Positions 1 through 9,824 of a stretch of 40,000 bases of DNA are shown piece by piece. The DNA is from Erwinia phage pEa_SNUABM_38. Position 1 is the stretch's first letter; each line of letters begins with the position of its first letter. Below the pieces are notes generated by a model that was given only the letters and a program-made list of their open reading frames with translations, had not been told where the DNA came from and did not search any database. The stretch lies in sequence record MW845759.1; one strand, 5' to 3'. Made by a program: the position numbers and the translations under genes.

Positions 1-1
1 C

Positions 2-430
2 GTTGGGGAACGTTTTGACTTCATCGCTAACGCCGGCTTGCACTATCCCATCAAAGCCACGCCTGAACAGGTGGTTGAGCGTGAGAACTCTATTAGCGAT
101 AGTCTGCACAGTATCCGTATTCCGGCTGTGTCTCAGTTGTATCTGTTAGAGCAGGTACACCGCCACCACCTCGTGTATCGTTACTGGCTGTTTGTCCCAG
201 AGCCTTGCCCGGCTGAAGGGTATCAGGTTAACCCTGACCGGACGACCGTCATTAATGGCAGAACCGTCAAGTGGGATGCAGACAGTGCATTTGCCCACAA
301 TCGTCTTTTTGTGCTGCGCCGTGACCAGGACGGGTTCACTTACGAATCCGGGTTTGTCGAAGCAGCCGGAAAGAAAGTAGCTGTACCTGCAATGATGGAA
401 CTCATCAACCGCCACTGGCCACAACGTTAG
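2..430 (+). CDS. Hypothetical protein, 5'-truncated by window edge
   Basis: The track starts at TTG 38, but the frame is open back to base 2 (VGERFDFIANAGLHYPIK...), so the gene probably begins outside the window. Confidence 0.6.
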   Translation, partial: VGERFDFIANAGLHYPIKATPEQVVERENSISDSLHSIRIPAVSQLYLLEQVHRHHLVYRYWLFVPEPCPAEGYQVNPDRTTVINGRTVKWDADSAFAHNRLFVLRRDQDGFTYESGFVEAAGKKVAVPAMMELINRHWPQR

Positions 431-463
431 TCGATTTACTACTCTAATAATCGGAGATATCTC

Positions 464-964
464 ATGACCGCAATCTTAACGCACGTTACCACCGAAGGCG
501 AACAGGAACTGCTACCTTTCGCTAAGATGTCGGGTAACTACTCAGACCACGACCGGATGTTTAAGTTAGGCGATATCCTGACGGGGAATATCCGCGCCAT
601 GCAACAGAATGGCATGATGGATTTACAGAAGTACAAATACGTTTACGTTCACGACTTTGTTCGGGACGACGGTAAAATCATCGACGATTATCACGAACGT
701 TCCAGTGATATCTCCATCACCATGTTCGGTTCGAACGAAAACCTTGCTATCAAACAAGTATACTCTCCAGACGAAGGTTACACTTATTCCTTCGAACAGA
801 ACGGCGGATTGGACGGAACCATCTGGGGATTAACCGTACAAGGTGGGCAAGCGGTAGTTCAGCCAATTGAGCGGGGTGGTAGAAATGACAGCATACTGCC
901 GGGTCACCTGCGCAAACCCTTTGAAGCTTTACTCGGTTACATGAACCACGGGATGAAACTGTAA
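464..964 (+). CDS. Hypothetical phage protein (166 aa)
   Basis: Full ORF; stop overlaps the next start (ATGGC at 964). Confidence 0.75.
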   Translation: MTAILTHVTTEGEQELLPFAKMSGNYSDHDRMFKLGDILTGNIRAMQQNGMMDLQKYKYVYVHDFVRDDGKIIDDYHERSSDISITMFGSNENLAIKQVYSPDEGYTYSFEQNGGLDGTIWGLTVQGGQAVVQPIERGGRNDSILPGHLRKPFEALLGYMNHGMKL

Positions 965-1464
965 TGGCAACTATCCACACTCTTTCTGGTGCAGTTAAAT
1001 TACCTACCGATGTTTCCGCACACTTCCGCTCGGCACACACCTTGGCCAGAACTATCGATACACAAGTTTACCAGCCGCTGGTCATGGCTTTAGAAAAGCA
1101 ATCGATGCGTGCGGACGTGTCCAACATCGTGCTGGTTGAAACCATGACCATGGATGTTGCTGAAGCCATTACGCTCTCGTACAGCATGGGCTTTAATCTC
1201 CCACTGGAATTAGCTGCGGAGGTTCGTGGTTTGGAACTGGAAAATGGGGAAGTGATGCTCATTACCGGTAAGCTCGAACGAGTAGACGCTGAGCTGGTCA
1301 GAATGCGCCGGTCTATCATTATCACCCCGACCCAAATCAATGCGATGTCAGTTGACGGTAATATGCTTGATGAGTCGCTGGCGTTCATTCTACAAAAACA
1401 GATGATGGAATTCAAAGGACTATACCCGCATCATCCAGTCAGTGATGCTGTGAAAGCACTGTAA
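964..1464 (+). CDS. Hypothetical phage protein (166 aa)
   Basis: ORF translationally coupled to the previous one. Confidence 0.75.
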   Translation: MATIHTLSGAVKLPTDVSAHFRSAHTLARTIDTQVYQPLVMALEKQSMRADVSNIVLVETMTMDVAEAITLSYSMGFNLPLELAAEVRGLELENGEVMLITGKLERVDAELVRMRRSIIITPTQINAMSVDGNMLDESLAFILQKQMMEFKGLYPHHPVSDAVKAL

Positions 1465-1528
1465 TAAAATCGGGGGTTTTTTACGAGACCCCCTCTTACT
1501 ATACATCCACTGCTATGGAATTATTCTA

Positions 1529-2455
1529 ATGTCACATCTCGAAAATCAATTACGTAACTTTCACATGTCGTCGTCACAGTCTCTTTTACTTCGCCAGCTT
1601 GGTGTATTGGATAACGATGCGGTTCTCGATTCCTCAGATACCACTGCAATTGAACGCAAAGCAATCCTGCAACTGGCGCAAGATGTTCTGAACGGGAAGA
1701 AGCTTTATCAGGTCAGAATTTCATCCGACGGTGAAGGTCCACGGCCACCGGCGAAACGCAAGCTGTGTAAACTTGATTTGGGCGGCTACGTTTATACCGA
1801 CAGTTATGCCGTCAGCACGATGACGTTTGCGCTGGTGTTCGGCATGGCCATCAGAACCTACGTCCATGAAAACCAGCACTGTATCTGCGTCGCCGAAGAT
1901 GGGGAAATCCAGTTTAACCTGTCAATGCTGGGCATCCAATATATATCTGTGTCGCAAGCTTTCACGGCGATGCCACAGCACGAAGAAATTTCTGACAAGC
2001 TGGGCCAGATCACCGCGTTCATCAAAGCAACATTACTGGCGCGGGGCAGGGTTAAATTCAATATAAACGGTGGGCTGGGTTGGGAGCAAGACCGCCATGT
2101 GCTCGCGCACTATATTCCTCGCCGGGGTACGTGGAAAGAATATAAGCAGTCGATGATTGTTAAGCTGCCTTTCCTTGGCGAGATGAGACAAATCGATATG
2201 CTGGTTGATTTATCGGACATTGTTTCCGATGCTCTCCCACGCGTTACGTTCCTGTACCAAAATATCGACGGCGATATTATCTCGCTCGAAAAACTGACGC
2301 CTGTACCGACCTGCAAGCCTGAAGACTACACTACCGATGTTATCTTCAGTCAGTACCACGACACGGTACTGCTTACTGCCGCCCTGTTCGATATCAAAGA
2401 TAACGTGCAGGAAATCGAACTCCTCAACACCTTCAAATTCTATTACAAGGGCTAA
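1529..2455 (+). CDS. Hypothetical phage protein (308 aa)
   Basis: Long ORF, co-directional cluster. Confidence 0.75.
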   Translation: MSHLENQLRNFHMSSSQSLLLRQLGVLDNDAVLDSSDTTAIERKAILQLAQDVLNGKKLYQVRISSDGEGPRPPAKRKLCKLDLGGYVYTDSYAVSTMTFALVFGMAIRTYVHENQHCICVAEDGEIQFNLSMLGIQYISVSQAFTAMPQHEEISDKLGQITAFIKATLLARGRVKFNINGGLGWEQDRHVLAHYIPRRGTWKEYKQSMIVKLPFLGEMRQIDMLVDLSDIVSDALPRVTFLYQNIDGDIISLEKLTPVPTCKPEDYTTDVIFSQYHDTVLLTAALFDIKDNVQEIELLNTFKFYYKG

Positions 2456-2458
2456 GAC

Positions 2459-3352
2459 ATGTCTCAACGTTTTAATAATTACTTCAGAGATTACAACCAC
2501 GTTCCGGATAAACGTGCGTTGATGCTCCGCACCGCGGGTCGTCTGATGATTGCCATTCTTTTCGACAAGCCGATTATTGTTATCGGTACCGATTATGACA
2601 ATCTGGAAGGCGAAGCGCGCGAAGGCGAGCTGGACGTTTCACTACTGGAGCGTCGTTTCCAGAATCGTACTAGCGTCAGTAAGATCGATGTGCCGGAATT
2701 CATCCCGGAAGAAATGCGCCACTGGCAAAATCACCCTAACTACAAAAACATCGACCTGCGTGCTGCGGTTGAATCCTCACACGCGGCTTTCGGCCTGCCA
2801 TTCCTCGAGCACTTCGGCGAGTTCTTCGAGCAGGTTGACGAACTGACGTGGAAAGTCGAACAGGGCCAACTGGTCTGTATTGATAAACCGGGTCTGCAAG
2901 CGGCTGCGCGTGAGTGGCTGGCCGCGTTCCGTGAGTCTCCGTACTACAGTGCAAAAGAAGCGGCGATGAATATCTCTCGCGACTTAACCACGTATATCGG
3001 GTTCATTGAAAACGGTGTACTGGACGAGCACGAGCGTACCCACACACTGAAGTCGGCACATCTGTACTTCATGCGCATGTTCCGTTGGCTGCCTCTGCCT
3101 GAAGCGTCAGACGGTTATGCGCTGTGGCGTCAAACACTGGAAGAAGACCTCGGCTTCCCGGACGAAATGTCCAGTGACTGGCCGCAGGTTTGGCCGTGTG
3201 GTCCGGTCGGGCATCCGGATGAACTCTTCGACCGCCAGTTCCCGATTGTCAAAACCGATACCAACCTCGGCGGCTTCGGTCAGGATGTCCACGGTGGTTA
3301 TGCGTTCTATCTGCCAGAGTACGTGGTAGCGCAGTATATGTTCGACTGCTAA
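2459..3352 (+). CDS. Hypothetical phage protein (297 aa)
   Basis: Long ORF followed by a clear terminator. Confidence 0.8.
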   Translation: MSQRFNNYFRDYNHVPDKRALMLRTAGRLMIAILFDKPIIVIGTDYDNLEGEAREGELDVSLLERRFQNRTSVSKIDVPEFIPEEMRHWQNHPNYKNIDLRAAVESSHAAFGLPFLEHFGEFFEQVDELTWKVEQGQLVCIDKPGLQAAAREWLAAFRESPYYSAKEAAMNISRDLTTYIGFIENGVLDEHERTHTLKSAHLYFMRMFRWLPLPEASDGYALWRQTLEEDLGFPDEMSSDWPQVWPCGPVGHPDELFDRQFPIVKTDTNLGGFGQDVHGGYAFYLPEYVVAQYMFDC

Positions 3353-3357
3353 TACAA

Positions 3358-3391
3358 AGACCCCACTTCGGTGGGGCTCTTTATTTTTTTA
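3358..3391 (+). terminator. Rho-independent terminator
   Basis: CCCCAC-TTCG-GTGGGG (3361-3376) then CTCTTTATTTTTTT. Confidence 0.9.
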
Positions 3392-3462
3392 TGAGATGGC
3401 CGTCTAGACGCACATTTTTTACAGTTCACCCGTTTGATATAGTAGAAAGGAGAGATTGCGCA

Positions 3463-3837
3463 ATGAAAAACTTTTTTGACTACTTGAGGGCGGGTGAGAT
3501 TCCTCGTGAAGTGGTTTACGACCGAAGCAAGTATAATACCTTCATGGCTTTTTTAGTTACCTCTCCGTACTTCAAGACTTTTTCCGATGAAATGACAACC
3601 GTGGAGGAACGGGTTCAGTTCGACCTGCCTGACGTAGTAGAGTGCCACTCAGCATTGTCGTTAGCTGACGTGTCTACAATGATAAAAAATCAAGACCATC
3701 TGGACTACTTACTGCGGTCACTGGTCGATAAGCTACTGCGTGGAGAGGATACATATGAGTCAGTCTTCGCAGCATTGCTTGACTACTATTACATGGTTCG
3801 TAACTATAACCGTTTCCCACTGAATACTGTACACTAA
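3463..3837 (+). CDS. Hypothetical phage protein (MKNFFDYLRAG...)
   Basis: Track ORF starts at 3391, but the ATG at 3463 has a good RBS (GAAAGGAGA) and gives a more plausible protein. Confidence 0.7.
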   Translation: MKNFFDYLRAGEIPREVVYDRSKYNTFMAFLVTSPYFKTFSDEMTTVEERVQFDLPDVVECHSALSLADVSTMIKNQDHLDYLLRSLVDKLLRGEDTYESVFAALLDYYYMVRNYNRFPLNTVH

Positions 3838-3844
3838 CTTCCGC

Positions 3845-4246
3845 GTGAGGAGAAAAACAATGGGTAGAAAGATTAGCCCGGTGGATGTGGTTCGACTCCA
3901 CCCGGACGACCTTGCCAACATCAAACCGAAATCAGAACTGGATAAGAAATTCCTGACGGGAATTGAGTGGGGCTTTGCTCTGCATCCGGACGAGGTTCGT
4001 AACACACAGCAGCCATCCCTGAAGGGTCCAGTTGAAATTGACTGGCGTACCACTGCAGGACATGAAGATGTTGTGGAGGCGATTAATGCGGTCACCGTTA
4101 GTAGCGAAGACCTGCCAATTGCCGGTCCTGCTGAGCACCTGATTTCACTGCGTCGTTTCATTAACGCACAGGCCGAAGTTGTGCGTAACGGTGAAGCATG
4201 GCAACTCGGTACGGCACTTCACCTGAAGTCGGTATTCGGTGGATGA
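3845..4246 (+). CDS. Hypothetical phage protein (133 aa)
   Basis: ORF 7 bp after the previous gene. Confidence 0.65.
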   Translation: MRRKTMGRKISPVDVVRLHPDDLANIKPKSELDKKFLTGIEWGFALHPDEVRNTQQPSLKGPVEIDWRTTAGHEDVVEAINAVTVSSEDLPIAGPAEHLISLRRFINAQAEVVRNGEAWQLGTALHLKSVFGG

Positions 4247-4250
4247 AAAA

Positions 4251-4297
4251 AGAAAAGACTACTCTCCCGTTGGGGAGAGTAGCTACTCTTATTTTTT
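4251..4297 (+). terminator. Bidirectional terminator between convergent genes
   Basis: CTACTCTCCC-GTTG-GGGAGAGTAG (4259-4282) with an A-tract before and a T-tract after. Confidence 0.85.
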
Positions 4298-5108
4298 ATA
4301 CTGCGAAGCGACCACCGCTACGGTAGTTATCACGGTTACCTTGGTCATCGTTGTGGATGAGTGCGCGCTTACACACAAGCAGCTGGTCATCGTACGACTG
4401 TCCGGCATCGCGGTACTCTTCCACGAAGTCTTTGAACTTATCGAACGACACACCGTTTTCTAAACGGGCGATGTCCAAGTCCAACGACAGGTGGTTGTAG
4501 ATGTACTGCTTGGTCGCCCACGATGCCAGTTGCGCCACAGCGGGGTAGAACGGTTGTTTAATCTCGTTCAGCTCTGGCGAGAACTTGGTACGCACTTTTA
4601 AACGGGTACCGTACTGGAACATCCCCGGGTCTTTAATCGACACGGTGTTCGGGCCCAGCACAATCACTTCAGAGGAAGTCAGTCGTGGCATCGCGGAGTG
4701 GGAGTTCAGCATTTGTTCGGTACTGGACACTACCCCTGAAGTCGAACCGGTTAAGTACGACCCGGCAGGTGGCATGGTGTAGGCTTGTCCGGCTACTGGC
4801 GTTCCGGCTAAATGGGCAGCGATAATATCTTTGCCGCCTGTCTGCTCTTCCGAAATCCGGTAGATGCGGGTAAACTGGTCGTGCGGGTCTTGCTCGTAGG
4901 TCAACCCCGAAAGTTCGATTTCTTTTAACTGGCCGAATTGGGACAGGTCGGGGATAACAGTATCCTTTAAGACCTTCTCCACAATCTGGTTTTCAATCGA
5001 AGCCGGTGCGCCAAATAAACGCATCCCGGGTTCAATGAAAGTCGCGTCCAGAATCGGTTTCGGGATATTCCGTCGAATCATTCTGAGGCATGCGTCGATG
5101 GCACTCAT
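4296..5108 (-). CDS. Hypothetical protein, possibly virion-associated (270 aa)
   Basis: Long minus-strand ORF ending at the bidirectional terminator; no recognisable catalytic motif. Confidence 0.75.
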   Translation of the reverse strand: MSAIDACLRMIRRNIPKPILDATFIEPGMRLFGAPASIENQIVEKVLKDTVIPDLSQFGQLKEIELSGLTYEQDPHDQFTRIYRISEEQTGGKDIIAAHLAGTPVAGQAYTMPPAGSYLTGSTSGVVSSTEQMLNSHSAMPRLTSSEVIVLGPNTVSIKDPGMFQYGTRLKVRTKFSPELNEIKQPFYPAVAQLASWATKQYIYNHLSLDLDIARLENGVSFDKFKDFVEEYRDAGQSYDDQLLVCKRALIHNDDQGNRDNYRSGGRFAV

Positions 5109-5226
5109 TATAAGCTCCTGGAAGTCGTTGTGCGGGGTTCATAGCATCTGGATAACCCTACCCCACACGGGAAATGTTTTTTACAACACCGACCCATTCT
5201 TTGGGGGTTCAGTCAATCTAATTAGA

Positions 5227-5246
5227 AACATATATTATCTGTAGGA
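5227..5246 (+). promoter_or_regulatory. Putative phage promoter motif
   Basis: AAACATATATTATCTGTAGG in the divergent intergenic region upstream of 5270; shared with motifs at 15154, 23077 and 28334. Confidence 0.45.
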
Positions 5247-5269
5247 AGCAGTATACATGTGGAGTTTCT

Positions 5270-5617
5270 ATGTCTGAAATTATTCTATACATACCTCCGG
5301 TAGATTTAACAGCAATGGGCCGCGTTTACGCAGTGCGCTATTTGTCACTCATCGAGCTGGCCCGAGCCATAGAGAATTTGATTTACCCGGGGCGTCACTT
5401 AGACATAAGTGATGCGTACAATACTTTCGCCGAAGCGTTCTTCTCAACTGACCTATGGTACATGATTTCCATCTTAGGTGAAGAAGCGCCTCTGCTATTC
5501 AAAGAAATTAACGGAGCACTAGTCGCATGTACAACTTTAAATTCTACCCAGCTGACGTACATGGTTGGTTCTGGGATGCGATTCAGAAAACAGGTTATGC
5601 CGATGCGCTGCGCATGA
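5270..5617 (+). CDS. Hypothetical small phage protein (115 aa)
   Basis: ORF after the putative promoter; 3' end overlaps the next ORF by 91 bp. Confidence 0.5.
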   Translation: MSEIILYIPPVDLTAMGRVYAVRYLSLIELARAIENLIYPGRHLDISDAYNTFAEAFFSTDLWYMISILGEEAPLLFKEINGALVACTTLNSTQLTYMVGSGMRFRKQVMPMRCA

Positions 5618-6135
5618 GGACACGTGATCAGGAGCAAATGACTGTTGACATGCTCAACTGTGCACTGTTCCACACGTTCAAATCCGTTGAAGCAATCGTT
5701 GGCTTTACACCGGAAGAGTTGTTAGCGAAACACATTAACCCTGAGCTGCTGTTTGAAATGATGCAGGCCAATGGGGAAGCCCGTCCAGTTCGCCATGTGG
5801 TTGTGAAAACAGTGCGCTCACAACTGTTTGACCCGACTGCGCCATTGATGCATGTTCCGGATGTGATTGTCCGTCGCCCGGAAGATGTGGAACTGGCGTA
5901 CATGGCATTTAACAACGCGTTCCTTGGATTCCGTGACCAAATAGAATTAATGATTCGCCGTGTGTTGGGTGACAAGTTCAACCGCTATGCTATAGCTGAG
6001 CTGTCAATTGTGGCCGACGCTCAAGAACGAGTCCGTGCGCTGAATCTTAAAATCCACGGCGACATCCGACACAAATTTTACATGGAACAATTCCCCGATG
6101 GCCGATTTAACAGCGGAAAGGGTGGTGGGCATTGA
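5527..6135 (+). CDS. Hypothetical small phage protein (202 aa)
   Basis: ORF in a tightly packed + strand array. Confidence 0.65.
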   Translation: MYNFKFYPADVHGWFWDAIQKTGYADALRMRTRDQEQMTVDMLNCALFHTFKSVEAIVGFTPEELLAKHINPELLFEMMQANGEARPVRHVVVKTVRSQLFDPTAPLMHVPDVIVRRPEDVELAYMAFNNAFLGFRDQIELMIRRVLGDKFNRYAIAELSIVADAQERVRALNLKIHGDIRHKFYMEQFPDGRFNSGKGGGH

Positions 6136-6490
6136 TGTAATTCTAACCACCGCATGGTCAACCCTGATTTTGGACGATGATGAACGAGAGTACCATTTAT
6201 TCTCTCACTACCAGCGTCACGTTCTTTTAAAAGACATCTTGCACGGCTTATTCCCAAACTATTTAGAAACCTTCAATGAGTGGGGGGCGTTCGACATGGC
6301 TTTCACTCATCGGTTGGTTTGCTCATACATCCGTGAAGCGCGGATGGAGTTATCCCGACTCATCGGCCTTGAGTTAATGCGGGCCATGCGCGGGTGTATG
6401 GGTATCCCGAAAGGGTATCGCGTTTACTATCGTATCGACGGAAAAGCGCTTCGCTATTATCCGCACCGGTCGAGGAGGTATGATGGTTAA
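6098..6490 (+). CDS. Hypothetical small phage protein (130 aa; start may be GTG 6122)
   Basis: ORF in tandem array. Confidence 0.6.
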   Translation: MADLTAERVVGIDVILTTAWSTLILDDDEREYHLFSHYQRHVLLKDILHGLFPNYLETFNEWGAFDMAFTHRLVCSYIREARMELSRLIGLELMRAMRGCMGIPKGYRVYYRIDGKALRYYPHRSRRYDG

Positions 6491-6878
6491 GCTTACCCAC
6501 CGGGTAATTTATTTCGACTTGTCTCCCGTCTATCAAGCATTACGTGCTCCGATGACTAAGGCGGGTGGGGACAGTGTAGATTTTTACCTGTCTATTGGTG
6601 AGTATGACCACTTGGTCCGGCAGATTGTTCTGCTTGAATTGCTCACCCGCACCGGACACATTACGTTTTGTTCGGCGCAGTTAGCATTGAAGCGCTATGC
6701 GCGGGACATGGACTTTATCCTCTGTTTCCCGCAAGCCTTCAATCTGTTAGAAAGCGAATTGGGTAATTCACGTGATGTCTTCCACGCGGTGGAGGACGCT
6801 ATCCCGGTACCTATCAATCCATACACAATGATGGAACCTGTGACAGGTTCTATCTGGGCATTTATCACAGGAGCCTAA
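6480..6878 (+). CDS. Hypothetical small phage protein (132 aa)
   Basis: ORF in tandem array, RBS GAGGAGG directly upstream. Confidence 0.65.
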   Translation: MMVKLTHRVIYFDLSPVYQALRAPMTKAGGDSVDFYLSIGEYDHLVRQIVLLELLTRTGHITFCSAQLALKRYARDMDFILCFPQAFNLLESELGNSRDVFHAVEDAIPVPINPYTMMEPVTGSIWAFITGA

Positions 6879-6879
6879 C

Positions 6880-7383
6880 ATGCAAGACACTCGCGACGAG
6901 TATTATCTGATTCCGGACTACCAGACTTTAGTAGGGCAGTTAACGGAATTCGACCCGGGCTCTCTGCTCGCGGCGGTTTGTGAAGACGTCAACAAGATGC
7001 TCAACTATGTGTTGATGCTGCGTGAAGATAACGACGAAATCCCCACCATGATGGAAAGCACCATGCAGTATATCCATCGTGAAATGGCAGAACGTAAAGT
7101 TATCCTGACGACGGAACAGGCGCTGGAGTACGGACGCTTAGTGGGTCAGCTGGTACGTGCGTACATCAGTGCGATTACCGGCACCTATTTTTGGTTCACT
7201 CGTCATGCACAGTGGGTAGCAGCCCGTTACTGTGGCGATGGTTCTGGCTCAGTGGAGTTCGTGCTGCGTTACGGCGTGGTTAAACTGCCTGAGTACGAAG
7301 ACCCGGCGGTGGTTCGTGCGCTCGGTCCGGAAGTGTCGACGAAACTCGACATGCTGGCTGGCCGCCTGGGAGCGAGCCTATGA
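6880..7383 (+). CDS. Hypothetical small phage protein (167 aa)
   Basis: ORF in tandem array. Confidence 0.65.
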   Translation: MQDTRDEYYLIPDYQTLVGQLTEFDPGSLLAAVCEDVNKMLNYVLMLREDNDEIPTMMESTMQYIHREMAERKVILTTEQALEYGRLVGQLVRAYISAITGTYFWFTRHAQWVAARYCGDGSGSVEFVLRYGVVKLPEYEDPAVVRALGPEVSTKLDMLAGRLGASL

Positions 7384-7925
7384 CACGTGTTATGTATTCA
7401 GCGATGGATGCAATACACGCCTACGGTATTGAGAGCTTCGCGGCTCTCATTCGCGAAAACCTTGTTGTTGGCCTTGATGGGGTCAATGTCGAGGTTTTCG
7501 ACGATGCCAATTTTTATCGCGTGTTTGCCTACGCGTATATCGCGGGTGCCATGAGTGGCAGTTCACAGGTCTTCTTAGAAGCTTTCGGTGTCGACAACGT
7601 TGAACCCTTAGACCTTCAAACGGGGCCGTTGGTTGTGAACTGGAACCCGCCCGGACAACCTGAAGACATCGTTGGATTTACGTTGGGCGATGATGATCCT
7701 AACGATTTAATCGATAACGACTTCAGCACTTTTATTCTCCCATTCACCATTGATTCAACGGAAGCGGATACAGTCGAAGTGACCAGTCGCTATGTTGAGC
7801 TGCTGAACAAAGAACTGTTCTCGCAGACAGGTCTGGTCAGTGTGATTAAATCGATGTTCCCGGGTAAGTACGTTGACTACAGAGGCGACGACCTCTTTAC
7901 CATGGTTGTCGTATGTGACGTATGA
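7380..7925 (+). CDS. Hypothetical small phage protein (181 aa)
   Basis: 4-bp stop/start overlap with previous gene. Confidence 0.65.
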   Translation: MTRVMYSAMDAIHAYGIESFAALIRENLVVGLDGVNVEVFDDANFYRVFAYAYIAGAMSGSSQVFLEAFGVDNVEPLDLQTGPLVVNWNPPGQPEDIVGFTLGDDDPNDLIDNDFSTFILPFTIDSTEADTVEVTSRYVELLNKELFSQTGLVSVIKSMFPGKYVDYRGDDLFTMVVVCDV

Positions 7926-8359
7926 AATTAATCCTGACTCTTGAAGACATCATTCCCCGTAAGAACGTTACGGAGACGGTTGGCTTCATGCTAAAGGAAG
8001 GTATGCGTGAGCCGGTGGCTCACGCGCTTATCTTTATTTTAGCGCAAACCTTTGTTAGTAACCTCACGGTCAATGCTCAGGTCGGTGAGGGTGAGTTTGC
8101 CATGTTTACGGCACCGCCGATTAGCTGTGGCAAGCTTGCGGTCATAATCAAAAGAATGTTTCCGAACGATTCGATTATTCCGATAAAGATGTGGGGGACG
8201 GGGTGGGGTGATTTCCAACCCAGCTATTTTAATTATGATAGACTCGTCACCATTCTTGGCGCGATGGACATGCTCTATCGCAAGGATGTTATTATCGGTC
8301 AAGTTATTAAAGGACCATCGGATACCCTCATCACCGTGGAACGCCCTTTTTCATTATGA
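7922..8359 (+). CDS. Hypothetical small phage protein (145 aa)
   Basis: 4-bp stop/start overlap with previous gene. Confidence 0.6.
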   Translation: MKLILTLEDIIPRKNVTETVGFMLKEGMREPVAHALIFILAQTFVSNLTVNAQVGEGEFAMFTAPPISCGKLAVIIKRMFPNDSIIPIKMWGTGWGDFQPSYFNYDRLVTILGAMDMLYRKDVIIGQVIKGPSDTLITVERPFSL

Positions 8360-8416
8360 CCTAACTTTTTACATTTTATTCAACCTGTATAAGTGCAGGT
8401 TAACCAGAGGTTGAAA

Positions 8417-9028
8417 ATGAGTAAGTACAATATCGTTATTGTGGGGCCGGTGTATCAGGACCACGGTATCATCGATTATCTGCAGGACTCCGAGCCGTTC
8501 ATGGAGTTAATGGAAAATTGGCAGCGCCAGTTACAAGTCTGTCTGGTTAACCTCAGTAAAGAAAACCTCGAAGCCATCGTTCCAGGCGAAGGGGAGTTCT
8601 ACGAAGAGCTGGCGTCGCGTATTTCCAACTCCATCCTGCAGCAGTATAACTTCGTCGTACCGTTAGACATCCGCATCCGTCTGCACGATTTCATGAAGAC
8701 CGTGTCGGACGAATACCGGGCGTGGGAGTTTGACCAAGGCATCTCTTCAGATGTGCGTGAGGATGACTACACCGAAGGTCTGCGCATTATTCATGGCCTG
8801 CACAAAAACAGTGCCGGGCATGCGGAAGACGCCGGGCTGCTGTCCGTTTACTTTGCCGATCGTGTGGCGCGTGGTGTTGCTCAGTCGATTCACGAAGGGT
8901 ATAAAGACCCGCTGGCATTTTTTATGAAGCGACACCAGAAAGATTTCAAAGGGGGACTGATGCGCCTCACGTTCAGTGATAAATCGCGCTTAGTCAAGTT
9001 CCAACTCTCCCTCACGATGGAGGATTAA
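8417..9028 (+). CDS. Hypothetical phage protein (MSKYNIVIVGPVYQDHG...)
   Basis: Track start is 8393, but ATG 8417 has an upstream AGAGG and gives a cleaner N-terminus. Confidence 0.7.
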   Translation: MSKYNIVIVGPVYQDHGIIDYLQDSEPFMELMENWQRQLQVCLVNLSKENLEAIVPGEGEFYEELASRISNSILQQYNFVVPLDIRIRLHDFMKTVSDEYRAWEFDQGISSDVREDDYTEGLRIIHGLHKNSAGHAEDAGLLSVYFADRVARGVAQSIHEGYKDPLAFFMKRHQKDFKGGLMRLTFSDKSRLVKFQLSLTMED

Positions 9029-9436
9029 ATGTTTGATATCAGCACCGTGCCCCATGGCTCGGTAGTCAACATCACGTACGATACGCCACTGCTCGGTACC
9101 GAGCAGTACGTTGAGGTGCTCGGCACTTCCTGCGGCTACAAGATGGCCATGGAGATTGAGGACGTCAACGCTATTCACCAGAACATCTACTCTTCCCTTG
9201 AAGCGCAGCCGACCAATAACCTGACGGCGTACAACTTCATTGTGTTCGTAGACAGTGAAGGTAAGCAGCGTGTTGCGGCTGATGCGTGGATTCGTAACAT
9301 CACCGTGGTGAAAAAGATTAAAGCACAATGCACCGTTGAGATTGACAGCGTCGATGAAATCGAACACATTCGTAAAGCCCTCGCCGCGCGTGGACTGAAT
9401 GATGTCGTCATCACGGTCATTGAAGTACAAGGTTAA
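9029..9436 (+). CDS. Hypothetical phage protein (135 aa)
   Basis: ORF immediately downstream, ends at terminator. Confidence 0.7.
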   Translation: MFDISTVPHGSVVNITYDTPLLGTEQYVEVLGTSCGYKMAMEIEDVNAIHQNIYSSLEAQPTNNLTAYNFIVFVDSEGKQRVAADAWIRNITVVKKIKAQCTVEIDSVDEIEHIRKALAARGLNDVVITVIEVQG

Positions 9437-9461
9437 GGGGCTCCGGCCCCTTTATTTTTTG
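9435..9461 (+). terminator. Rho-independent terminator
   Basis: AAGGGGC-TCCG-GCCCCTT then TATTTTTT. Confidence 0.85.
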
Positions 9462-9484
9462 GCACACACAGCAACCGGATACCC

Positions 9485-9781
9485 ATGAACCGCATAGAAG
9501 GCGTTGTAAGCGCGTATAATACCGACCCCGAGAAACCCACCGTTACTGTAACCGCTACTGATACGGGTCGTGACTATACGGCACGCATTTGGTTTGACCG
9601 CAAATTCTGGCGGGGGCTTCGCATCGGTGACACAGTCATCTTGCAGAAGAACAAACAGGATGAGTACCACCTTAAAACGTTGCTGAAAGTCGGCGAAGGC
9701 GAAGGGCTAGACTTCGGTAAGAAGTTCCCAAAACCGTGGTCGCCGCCTGAGGGTCAAGAAGACCAATACCGTATTCAGTAA
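9485..9781 (+). CDS. Hypothetical small protein (98 aa)
   Basis: ORF between two terminators; beta-rich sequence with an OB-fold-like feel, not demonstrated. Confidence 0.65.
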   Translation: MNRIEGVVSAYNTDPEKPTVTVTATDTGRDYTARIWFDRKFWRGLRIGDTVILQKNKQDEYHLKTLLKVGEGEGLDFGKKFPKPWSPPEGQEDQYRIQ

Positions 9782-9824
9782 TTTAGTATGCAGAATAATG
9801 ATTGCTTGACTGAGTCTAACTCAG

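Noticed and set aside
1473-1497. GGGGGTTTTTTACGAGACCCCC considered as a terminator
   Set aside because: Short stem, 12-nt loop and no U-tract after it; not called.
1939-1953. AATATATATCTG similar to the promoter-like motif
   Set aside because: Deep inside a coding region with no gene start nearby.
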